DNA from: Bacteroidales bacterium
GTDB taxonomy: Bacteria; Bacteroidota; Bacteroidia; Bacteroidales; VadinHA17
Reading direction: 5' to 3'
Assembly (NCBI GenBank): GCA_030596125.1
Contig: JAUVKT010000002.1
Coordinates: 8,011-72,010 of the forward strand
DNA: 64,000 nucleotides
Below the pieces are notes generated by a model. It saw only the letters and a program-made list of their open reading frames with translations. It had not been told where the DNA came from and made no database searches. Position 1 is the stretch's first letter, and each line of letters begins with the position of its first letter. Below are positions 48,140 through 55,290 of the stretch, piece by piece. The translations under genes were made by a program, and so were the position numbers.

Positions 48140-49125
48140 TAACGACGAAACTGGAAAACAGGATCTTCAATCTGAACAGTGAGGGTGATTTTTCGGAGCT
48201 GGCACTGGAGATTTTCCGTTTGCAATCAGATGGGAACAGGGTATATTCTGATTATCTTGATGCCCTTGGTTTTGACAGGAATTTAGTTAAAACAACAGAG
48301 AATATTCCATTTCTGCCTATATCACTGTTTAAAACGAAAGAGGTAAAGACCGGAGATTTTTCCCCTGAGATTATATTTACAAGCAGCGGCACTACCGGTA
48401 GTAAAACCAGCAGTCATTATGTAAAGAAACTTTCTTTATACGAACGAAGTTTTGTTGAAGGGTTTAACCGTTTCTATGGCGATCCGGCAGAGTATTCAAT
48501 TATTGCACTTCTCCCTTCTTATCTCGAAAGGAAAGGATCGTCACTTATCTATATGGTTAACAAACTGGCCGCCTGTTCTCCTGACCAGAGCGGAGGGTTT
48601 TTTCCTGAGCATCCGGATGAGATTCCGGGCAGGTTGAAGTCGCTGAAAGAGAAAGGCAGGAAAGTGATTTTGATTGGCGTTACTTACGCTTTGCTGGAAC
48701 TGGCCGGGAAGCATCCCGCTGATCTTTCAGGAATAATTATTGTGGAGACAGGGGGTATGAAGGGAAGAGGGAAGGAGATGGTAAGGGAGGAGGTTCACGG
48801 CATACTTACAAGTGCATTTAATTGTGATGCAATACATTCGGAATATGGTATGACCGAGTTATTTAGCCAGGCCTGGTCTGAAGGAGACGGACTGTTTCGC
48901 ACTCCCCCCTGGATGAAGATATTTATTAGAGACCCGCTTGATCATGTGGATTATCTCGAAAACGGACGCACAGGTGGAATAAATATTATAGATCTTGCCA
49001 ATATCTATTCGTGTTCATTTATTGAAACTGCCGACCTGGGACGAAAAAACAGTGACACCACGTTTGAAGTATCAGGGCGATTCGATAACAGCGACATCAG
49101 GGGGTGTAACCTTCTGGTGATTTAA
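48136..49125 (+). CDS. LuxE/PaaK-like adenylate-forming acyl-protein synthetase / acyltransferase
   Basis: FTSSGTTGSKTSSHYV AMP-binding-type motif and ETGGMKGRG. ATG 48136 overlaps the upstream stop by 4 nt. Confidence 0.78.
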   Translation: MITTKLENRIFNLNSEGDFSELALEIFRLQSDGNRVYSDYLDALGFDRNLVKTTENIPFLPISLFKTKEVKTGDFSPEIIFTSSGTTGSKTSSHYVKKLSLYERSFVEGFNRFYGDPAEYSIIALLPSYLERKGSSLIYMVNKLAACSPDQSGGFFPEHPDEIPGRLKSLKEKGRKVILIGVTYALLELAGKHPADLSGIIIVETGGMKGRGKEMVREEVHGILTSAFNCDAIHSEYGMTELFSQAWSEGDGLFRTPPWMKIFIRDPLDHVDYLENGRTGGINIIDLANIYSCSFIETADLGRKNSDTTFEVSGRFDNSDIRGCNLLVI

Positions 49126-49152
49126 GAATATCGATCAACGAACTGAGAATTA

Positions 49153-49226
49153 CGAATCTGACTCACCCCGCTGGCGCGAATCTGACTTACCCCGCCCGCC
49201 AGCATCGCCTTCGCGTAGCCGCTACG
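49153..49226 (+). repeat. GC-rich patch with a 19-nt direct repeat and nested inverted repeats
   Basis: CGAATCTGACTCACCCCGC (49153-49171) is repeated as CGAATCTGACTTACCCCGC (49177-49195). Inverted repeats are GCTGGCG (49170-76) / CGCCAGC (49197-203) and CGTAGC-C-GCTACG (49214-49226). Confidence 0.8.
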
Positions 49227-49261
49227 GCAAGCCCAACGGATTCCCGGAGGTGCTTAAAGGA

Positions 49262-50647
49262 CTAGACTTTTTTACCACCTTCCATTTCTCTACAACTATC
49301 TGAACCTGTTTCAGTAATAAACCATTCCAGATAATTATCAATTTTATGAACCAGATAAAAGGGTAAATTCAAAAGGTAATAATCTTTTCCATTACGGGTT
49401 CTTGATTTATCAATCTTTAGCTTACCGGCATATACTCTTACGCCGAAATTATGATCGGCCCGGTCGATAAATTCATGCAAAGAGCGCAATCTGCCTGTTG
49501 CCCCCGATTTTACTTCAACAGGTATTATTTTATTATCGTATTGATAAGCAAAATCTACTTCTGCATCTGAGTATTTTTCGCGCGTCCAAAAATAAATATC
49601 GCGGCTTATTGAATTTAATAAGGCTCTTAGTTCCTGCCCGACAATGTGCTCGGCAATTTTTCCCTCATAAACATCACTCAATTTTTTCGAACCAAAGACT
49701 TCTTTCTGTAAACCGGTGACAAAGTTTACCAAACCTGTATCGAGCAATTGTAATTTAGGCGACTTTTTTATATTTGGCTGTAAAGGAATTTTTGTTGATG
49801 TAAGCGGAAAGATCAACTTTAGAAGCAGGGCTTTCTCTAAAGTAAAAAAAGCTTCTTTCATTTCTCTCGATTTATAATTAGAATTCCCAAATCCCTGATA
49901 CTTAATTCTGCTGCCTGCCTCATAAAATGCATGCTCAATTATATGTCTCAATGTATTAATATGCACCCGGCTTCTGGCATACTTTTCCACATCGTCTTTA
50001 TAAGAAGTAATCAGAGAATCGTAAATGGGGCTTAAAGCATTAATATCTTTATTTTCAACATAGTTTTTTATTACTTCGGGCATACCTCCAATCAAAGTAT
50101 AAAGCCTGAAAGACTCTAATAATTTTTCGTGACTATAATCAGGAACAGGGATCTTATTTAGTACGCTAAGGCTTTGTTGCTCTCCTAATGCATTAATAAA
50201 TTCGATATAAGAAAATGGACGGACAGGCATATATTCCACTCTGCCCACAGGAAAACTAATATGGTTGCCTATAAGGGTTTCGAGTAAGGAGCCGGCAGCA
50301 ATAACATATAAATGTTTTACATCCTCGTAAAAATATCTCAGCCAACTAACAGCTTTTGGAGAATTTTGTATCTCATCTATAAATAGTAAGGTCTTTCCGG
50401 CTTTCTTTGTTTTATTTTTCAAGAAAAAAATAGCATCTGTTAGTTCCTCAATATCGCTACTTTCTTCAAAAACTTGTTTATCCTTATCTAATTCAAGGTT
50501 AAAATAGATATATTGTTCAAAGTCTTTTGAGAACATTTCAACCAGGGTAGTTTTTCCTACTTGTCGCGCTCCTCTTAAAACCAAAGGTTTTCTATCCTTT
50601 TTTTTTGCCCAGTTTTTTAATTTTTCTATAGCTAACCTGTTAAACAT
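49262..50647 (-). CDS. AAA+ ATPase with a C-terminal DUF4143 / PD-(D/E)xK-like domain
   Basis: Walker A GARQVGKTT and Walker B LLFIDEIQ. The C-terminal ...SDAEVDFAY...IIPVEVKSG resembles a D/E...ExK nuclease-fold motif. 461 aa. Confidence 0.85.
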   Translation of the reverse strand: MFNRLAIEKLKNWAKKKDRKPLVLRGARQVGKTTLVEMFSKDFEQYIYFNLELDKDKQVFEESSDIEELTDAIFFLKNKTKKAGKTLLFIDEIQNSPKAVSWLRYFYEDVKHLYVIAAGSLLETLIGNHISFPVGRVEYMPVRPFSYIEFINALGEQQSLSVLNKIPVPDYSHEKLLESFRLYTLIGGMPEVIKNYVENKDINALSPIYDSLITSYKDDVEKYARSRVHINTLRHIIEHAFYEAGSRIKYQGFGNSNYKSREMKEAFFTLEKALLLKLIFPLTSTKIPLQPNIKKSPKLQLLDTGLVNFVTGLQKEVFGSKKLSDVYEGKIAEHIVGQELRALLNSISRDIYFWTREKYSDAEVDFAYQYDNKIIPVEVKSGATGRLRSLHEFIDRADHNFGVRVYAGKLKIDKSRTRNGKDYYLLNLPFYLVHKIDNYLEWFITETGSDSCREMEGGKKV

Positions 50648-50721
50648 AATTGTTTTATTATAATGTTTATGAGTAAAAAAGTTTTTAAATTGTTTAATTC
50701 ATGGGTAAAGATAATAAATAT

Positions 50722-50806
50722 ATGTATAATAACAAGGGGTAATTATAATTTCAATGTATAATAACAAGGGTTAAAATGACATTAATATGTATAGAAACTA
50801 GGGTAA
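50722..50806 (+). repeat. Three iteron-like direct repeats at 32-33 bp spacing
   Basis: ATGTATAATAACAAGGGGTAA (50722-42), ATGTATAATAACAAGGGTTAA (50754-74) and ATGTATAGAAACTAGGGTAA (50787-806). They lie 75-160 nt upstream of the ATPase gene start. Confidence 0.85.
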
Positions 50807-50856
50807 TATTTTCATATTTTATTCAATAAGCACTGTTTAGATCGTCTTATGCATAC

Positions 50857-50882
50857 AAAAAAAGAGTCCGTCTACGCCGGAC
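50857..50882 (-). terminator. Rho-independent-type terminator on the minus strand
   Basis: The stem is GTCCG (50866-70) / CGGAC (50878-82) with a 7-nt loop. On the minus strand it is followed by a 7-nt U-run (plus-strand A-run 50857-63). Confidence 0.5.
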
Positions 50883-50912
50883 CCCTTTTGATTTCAGTTA
50901 GCTTAGCTGGTG
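50880..50912 (+). repeat. Left copy of a 33-nt imperfect direct repeat bracketing the Y1-transposase element
   Basis: GACCCCTTTTGATTTCAGTTAGCTTAGCTGGTG is identical at 27/33 positions to 51815-51847. Confidence 0.8.
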
Positions 50913-50948
50913 AAAAACAGATACAAGAAATTCAACTTTCACATAAAA

Positions 50949-51633
50949 CTGCCGTAGGCAGGATATGATATAGCCTGAGTCGTCAGACTCAGACTTTGAA
51001 AGAGGATATAGCAATGAGTTCCGTAGGAACGAAATGTTTTGTTCTAAAAGAATTCCAGGAGATATTCTTTTTCAAAGGTAATCCCATAATGATTCAATAG
51101 TTTCAGATATTCTTCTCTAAAACATGATTTTTTATGATGTCCCTTCTGGTTTTCAATGTAGCTTATCAATTCAGGGACATTTCTGTGACTAACTGAAAAT
51201 ATCCCTCCACCGGATTGCCAATTAAATCTTTGATTGAGAAATTTCTTTTCGTTAATCCACCTTGACGAATTTGTTTTTATAGCCTGTATGAATTTTGATG
51301 GGGCCAAAGAAGGTCTTAAACGTACTAATAAATGACAATGATCGGGCATGCCATTTATTCTGATTAATTGTTGGTCAAGATTTTTTATAATTCCGGCAAT
51401 GTATTTATAAAGCTCTTCTTCAAATTCAGCTTTAATAAGTGCTTGTCTGTATTTTGGAGAAAATACATAATGAAGATAGATTTGTGAATAAGTATTGGGC
51501 ATTGTTCAGGGTTTTTGATTTGGTTAAGCTTTAAAGATATAAAATCATAACGTTCCTACGGAACTTTATTTCTCTGGAGTTCATTATCAAGGGACTTACG
51601 TCCCTGGTTATGATATCTTATCCCTATGGGATA
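50949..51633 (-). mobile_element. REPtron-like unit: IS200-like Y1 (RAYT-type) transposase gene flanked by mirrored triplets of short hairpins
   Basis: Left hairpins are CTGCC-GTA-GGCAG (50949-61), CTGAGTC-GTCA-GACTCAG (50975-92) and GTTCC-GTA-GGAAC (51018-30). Right hairpins are GTTCC-TAC-GGAAC (51552-64), GGGAC-TTAC-GTCCC (51591-604) and TATCCC-TAT-GGGATA (51619-33). The inter-hairpin offsets mirror each other (26/14 on the left, 27/15 on the right). Confidence 0.7.
51044..51502 (-). CDS. IS200/IS605-like Y1 transposase, REP-associated tyrosine transposase (RAYT) type
   Basis: 152 aa with the HUH motif MPDHCHLLV and the C-terminal catalytic-Tyr region ELISYIENQKGHH. Confidence 0.88.
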   Translation of the reverse strand: MPNTYSQIYLHYVFSPKYRQALIKAEFEEELYKYIAGIIKNLDQQLIRINGMPDHCHLLVRLRPSLAPSKFIQAIKTNSSRWINEKKFLNQRFNWQSGGGIFSVSHRNVPELISYIENQKGHHKKSCFREEYLKLLNHYGITFEKEYLLEFF

Positions 51634-51814
51634 ATCTTATGAATTATATTTCGGTTTCATAAATTATTGTATTTCGGAATTACGAAGATACTTTTAACTT
51701 ATCCTATTTTCAGAGTTGTAGCACCCAAATTAGAATAAATACTATTGAATATCAAATAGATATAAAGTTTTTATTAGAGGTTGCGGAAAACATAAATAAA
51801 AGGCCTGGTATTCA

Positions 51815-51847
51815 GACCCTTAATGTTTTCAGTTAGCTTGGCTGGCG
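51815..51847 (+). repeat. Right copy of the 33-nt direct repeat, immediately 3' of the pepC-like stop codon
   Basis: GACCCTTAATGTTTTCAGTTAGCTTGGCTGGCG. It is preceded by a weak minus-strand terminator-like hairpin, GGTCTG-aatac-CAGGCC plus a U-rich tract, in the same relative position as the hairpin next to the left copy. Confidence 0.8.
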
Positions 51848-51849
51848 GA

Positions 51850-53052
51850 TTATAATCCGAGCTTTGATTTAATAGCTTCGGGTATTGCGTCCTTATGGAC
51901 CATTATAAAGATCATCTTGGCCTTTACATAACTTTCCGACATATTAAGGTAGCCTCCAAATTTATTCCGGGCAATACCCCATGAATTTTTGGTTATATAA
52001 TACTTTGTGCCATTCTGGTCTTTCACAATACCTGTGATATGCATAAGATGGTCATCTGTTGTCACAAAAGATTCATATCCTTGCTGGCGTATATCCTGGG
52101 TTACCTCTATCTCAGGAAATGGCTGCTCAAATTTGTAGGCCTCTTCAAGTCTCTCTTTGGGAGACATATCTTCAAAGCGAGCCCTGTCAGTTTCTGAGAA
52201 ATCCTCAGTTTTTGTGACATCAGGATTAATAGCAACTCCATTGGTATGAGAAAATCCTTTCTCACTAACATCACCATCCCAGTTAACGGTATAGCCATTA
52301 TTTAACGCATAATCCATGATTTCGGTCAGCTCCCCGACAGGTACATTATAAAAGTCGGCATGAGCCCAGTTATCAGGTACTTCAATTTTCCCGGGAGTAT
52401 AGAATGAGAAATGATTGAATGAAGTGATCTCCACGTAATCATCGGGGTTAATACCCAGCTCTTCAGCAAAGCTTTCAGGTGTAAACGTTCTTTCTTTATA
52501 TGTAAAGGTTTCCGGTACTTCCCCCATATATGTGTCGAGAATGGCGTTTACAATTTTATGATACTCTTCGCTCTGATTTTTTCTTTTTACGGGTACCTCC
52601 GAGACAGCCTTGATAATAGCAGCCATTTCGCTATGATTATGCACTTCAAAATCAGAATGAAGTCCGGAATAAACTTCATCAGGTACAATACCTTTGTTGG
52701 CAAAGACTCTTATCCAGTCATGACTAAGTGATCCTTGTGACACATTACCCTTACCTCGTCTGAGGTAGTTGTCGTTCAGGCGGTCGATATAATTCTGACG
52801 AACAATAAACATTTCGGAAAGATCGTATTCTCCCTTGCCCATTCGGATCAGTTCTGACTCAATAAATGATGTTGTAGCAAAACACCAGCAAGTACCGGAG
52901 CGTGACTGGTTTTTTACTGATGTGGCAGGCAGGCTTACAACTGTTGTAAATTTATATCCTTCAACCGGTTCTGCTTTTGACTTTTTCTTCTGTGCATTTA
53001 CATTAATAATGCTTATACAGAGGAGAAGCGTTAGTATTAGTTTGAATTTCAT
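51850..53052 (-). CDS. pepC: Aminopeptidase C / bleomycin-hydrolase-like C1 cysteine peptidase, secreted
   Basis: Active-site Cys motif QSRSGTCWCFATTS. The start is ATG 53052 (MKFKLILTLLLCISIINVNA signal peptide). Confidence 0.88.
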   Translation of the reverse strand: MKFKLILTLLLCISIINVNAQKKKSKAEPVEGYKFTTVVSLPATSVKNQSRSGTCWCFATTSFIESELIRMGKGEYDLSEMFIVRQNYIDRLNDNYLRRGKGNVSQGSLSHDWIRVFANKGIVPDEVYSGLHSDFEVHNHSEMAAIIKAVSEVPVKRKNQSEEYHKIVNAILDTYMGEVPETFTYKERTFTPESFAEELGINPDDYVEITSFNHFSFYTPGKIEVPDNWAHADFYNVPVGELTEIMDYALNNGYTVNWDGDVSEKGFSHTNGVAINPDVTKTEDFSETDRARFEDMSPKERLEEAYKFEQPFPEIEVTQDIRQQGYESFVTTDDHLMHITGIVKDQNGTKYYITKNSWGIARNKFGGYLNMSESYVKAKMIFIMVHKDAIPEAIKSKLGL

Positions 53053-53105
53053 AACTATAGAATTTGAATCAAGGTTAAACAAATCATCTATACAAATTTA
53101 ATTAT

Positions 53106-53468
53106 TTATAAGGTAGGATAAAAAGCATCTGTAATATGCTCAAGTTCAAAATGTTTTCCGTCAACAACAATTGAAATAATATCGAATCGCGCCTCTTTTG
53201 ATGACAGATTTCGTTCTATATAAGTTTGAGCCGCAAAAATTATATTTCTCTGTTTTGGTACCGATACTGCATCGCGGGGGTGAATCTGAAAGTCTGCAGT
53301 ACGTGTTTTAACTTCAACAAAAACAATATAATCTTCATTCTCTGCAATAATATCAATTTCCCGCCTCCCGGTGCTCCAGTTTTGCTCCAGGATTGAATAG
53401 CCATTGGCTTTAAGGTGGTCGACAGCAATTTTTTCACCTCTTTTTCCTAATGAGTGTGATTCAGCCAT
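53106..53468 (-). CDS. yraN: YraN-family (UPF0102) endonuclease-like protein
   Basis: 120 aa with GEKIAVDHLKANGYSILEQNW...EIDIIA...VFVEVKTR, a PD-(D/E)xK-type core. Confidence 0.88.
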   Translation of the reverse strand: MAESHSLGKRGEKIAVDHLKANGYSILEQNWSTGRREIDIIAENEDYIVFVEVKTRTADFQIHPRDAVSVPKQRNIIFAAQTYIERNLSSKEARFDIISIVVDGKHFELEHITDAFYPTL

Positions 53469-53487
53469 TTGATGTTTTTAATGCAGC

Positions 53488-54132
53488 TTATATTTCGATA
53501 ATCTTATTTTTAATCGCATAGAGGATAAGGCTGGCCGTGTTTTTAGAGTTTGTTTTACTCAGCAGGTTGGCCCTGTGCTTATCGACGGTTCTCTTACTAA
53601 TGAAGAGAGTATCGGCAATCTCCTGATTCGACAGACCTTCACAAATTTTATTCAGGATCTCCATTTCTCTTTTTGAGAGATTAGCCATCTTTGTCTCGTT
53701 CTCCCTCGTTTTAATTTTCCGGATTACATTATACAGAAGTTCCTGGGAGAAGTAATTTCCCCCGTTAAAAACGTTAATAATTGCCTCTTTCACTTCATTT
53801 ATGTCAGAGTCTTTCAAGAGAAAACCTTTAGCTCCGGCGTCAACCATTTTATCATAATAATCTTCTTCACCATACATCGAAACGGCAATAATATGAATTC
53901 CGGGTTCGATCTCAAGCACTCTACGGGTTGCTTCTATACCGTCCATTACCGGCATATCAATATCCATCAGGATAATATCGCACGGAGTTTCCTTTATTAT
54001 GTTAATTAGGTCCTGTCCGTTTCCGGCTTCACCCACAACTGAGAATTCCTCAAATGCATCGAGCAGTATCTTAAGGCCATTCCTGAATAGCTGATGGTCA
54101 TCTGCTATAATTATCCGGATATTATTCATCAT
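53488..54132 (-). CDS. NarL/LuxR-family response regulator
   Basis: The receiver domain (IIIADDH..., ILMDIDMP) is joined to a C-terminal LuxR HTH (LSKREMEILNKICEGLSNQEIADTLFISKRTVDKH). I prefer ATG 54132, which overlaps the kinase stop. Confidence 0.9.
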   Translation of the reverse strand: MMNNIRIIIADDHQLFRNGLKILLDAFEEFSVVGEAGNGQDLINIIKETPCDIILMDIDMPVMDGIEATRRVLEIEPGIHIIAVSMYGEEDYYDKMVDAGAKGFLLKDSDINEVKEAIINVFNGGNYFSQELLYNVIRKIKTRENETKMANLSKREMEILNKICEGLSNQEIADTLFISKRTVDKHRANLLSKTNSKNTASLILYAIKNKIIEI

Positions 54133-55102
54133 CTGATATATATGTTTCATTTTTGGCAATATTGATCCTGATAAGGACTTGCAGACCTCTCCCCGGTGCG
54201 CTATCCTGGAAGAACATCCCGTTAACCGATCGAACCCGGGTTTCTATGTTAGAGATCCCCATACCCCTGTTCTCGCTATTTTCAACCTTCTCCATATCAA
54301 ACCCCCTGCCGTTATCATTAAACTGCAAAATAATAAATTTTCCGTGTTTATTAAGACCTATCTCCACAGTTGAGGCTCCTGAATGTTTTACCGAGTTGTG
54401 TATCAACTCACATATTGCACGGTATAGAACCACTTCAACATCATTGTTTAGCCTCTCCTTACCTATATTTGAGCTAAAATTAATGTTAAGGGTTTTTGTT
54501 TTGTTGACTTTCGAAATAAAAGAGTTTGTTGCGCTGACAAGGCCGAAATTCGACAGTACATGCGGACTCAATATATTTGAAATATCCTTTATGGTATTAA
54601 TGGCTTCATTTACAATATGGTTTGCATTGTTTATTATCTCTTTATCGACAGGATCGGTTATCCGGTTCGATAGTGCCGAAATCGACATTTTAACTGTAGA
54701 GAGAAGGGGTCCCAGATCGTCATGAAGATCCTTGGCAAATCTTTTTCGCTCATTTTCCTCGGTATTGATTATGGCATGAAGTACCAGTCTTTCACTTTTC
54801 ACCCTGTCTGTTTCTGCTTTTTTAAGAGAAAAGAAGATTTCCCTGATAAGTATTACTCCTCCGATAATCATTACAGATATCAATGTGCCCATCCAGGCAT
54901 CAACCATCTGTAGCTGAACCGATGTCTCTCCCCTGGTAATTTCAATAAGTTGTATTATTTTTCGTGCTGCCATAAATGTGAATGCAGTCGAAAGAAGGAT
55001 CCATGAAAGCCTGTATTTGGTAAGTTTCATAAATCTTATTGCTATTGATGCGGCCACTATCTGTAAGCCGGCTGATATAATCAGTGCTAATAAGAGTACC
55101 AT
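54122..55102 (-). CDS. Sensor histidine kinase, HisKA_3 (NarX-like) type, membrane-embedded sensor
   Basis: Three N-terminal TM segments with no large periplasmic loop. It has the H-box AKDLHDDLGPLLS and an HATPase_c domain (N-box ELIHNSVKH, G-box DNGRGF, GMGISN). Confidence 0.9.
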   Translation of the reverse strand: MVLLLALIISAGLQIVAASIAIRFMKLTKYRLSWILLSTAFTFMAARKIIQLIEITRGETSVQLQMVDAWMGTLISVMIIGGVILIREIFFSLKKAETDRVKSERLVLHAIINTEENERKRFAKDLHDDLGPLLSTVKMSISALSNRITDPVDKEIINNANHIVNEAINTIKDISNILSPHVLSNFGLVSATNSFISKVNKTKTLNINFSSNIGKERLNNDVEVVLYRAICELIHNSVKHSGASTVEIGLNKHGKFIILQFNDNGRGFDMEKVENSENRGMGISNIETRVRSVNGMFFQDSAPGRGLQVLIRINIAKNETYISDDE

Positions 55103-55150
55103 ATCTTTTCAGTTAAGTTTTGAAAATTATACAAAAATAGAAGATAATAA

Positions 55151-55245
55151 TGGAAATGGAATGGTGGAGTACCGGAAAAGTGGAATATTGGAAGAAAAGA
55201 GTGGGGGAGTGGGGGAATGGGAGAAGCGTGGAGAAGGAGGAGGAT
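55151..55245 (+). repeat. Purine-rich GGAA/GTGG tract (array E) containing the GGGGGAGTGGGGGAATGG motif
   Basis: TGGAAATGGAATGGTGGAG...GTGGAATATTGGAAGAAAAGAGTGGGGGAGTGGGGGAATGGGAGAAGCGTGGAGAAGGAGGAGG. It is almost C-free on the plus strand. 55199-55226 matches 21976-22002 in array C. Confidence 0.8.
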
Positions 55246-55258
55246 TCCAATCTTTTAT

Positions 55259-55266
55259 TACCTTTG
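55259..55266 (+). promoter_or_regulatory. Candidate -7 promoter box (TAnnTTTG) for waaA
   Basis: TACCTTTG lies 25 nt upstream of ATG 55291, just downstream of array E. Confidence 0.35.
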
Positions 55267-55290
55267 GAGCCAATACTATTGGCAGATAAT

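Noticed and set aside
49140-49260. tRNA or tRNA-fragment (att site) in the GC-rich patch, since CGAATCTGAC vaguely recalls a T-arm.
   Set aside because: There is no GGTTCGAATCC T-loop consensus, no cloverleaf and no CCA-proximal acceptor pairing that I could fold by eye.
54153-54725. 190-aa plus-strand ORF, and other long ORFs antisense to confident genes (for example 19139..19570, 30028..30471, 41284..41691, 42189..42533, 43687..44034, 1384..1725, 4431..4778).
   Set aside because: Each lies entirely inside a gene with clear family motifs on the opposite strand. Their translations are low-complexity or Ser/Pro/Leu-rich with no recognisable domains, so they are typical shadow ORFs.
55150-55290. 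N-terminal 47 codons of ORF 55150..56520 (MEMEWWSTGKVEYWKKRVGEWGNGRSVEKEED...).
   Set aside because: These codons are encoded entirely by the purine-rich repeat tract. The Kdo-transferase homology, including the TM anchor MKLLYTLGIIIYTLAIRL, starts at ATG 55291, which is preceded by a TAnnTTTG-like box.
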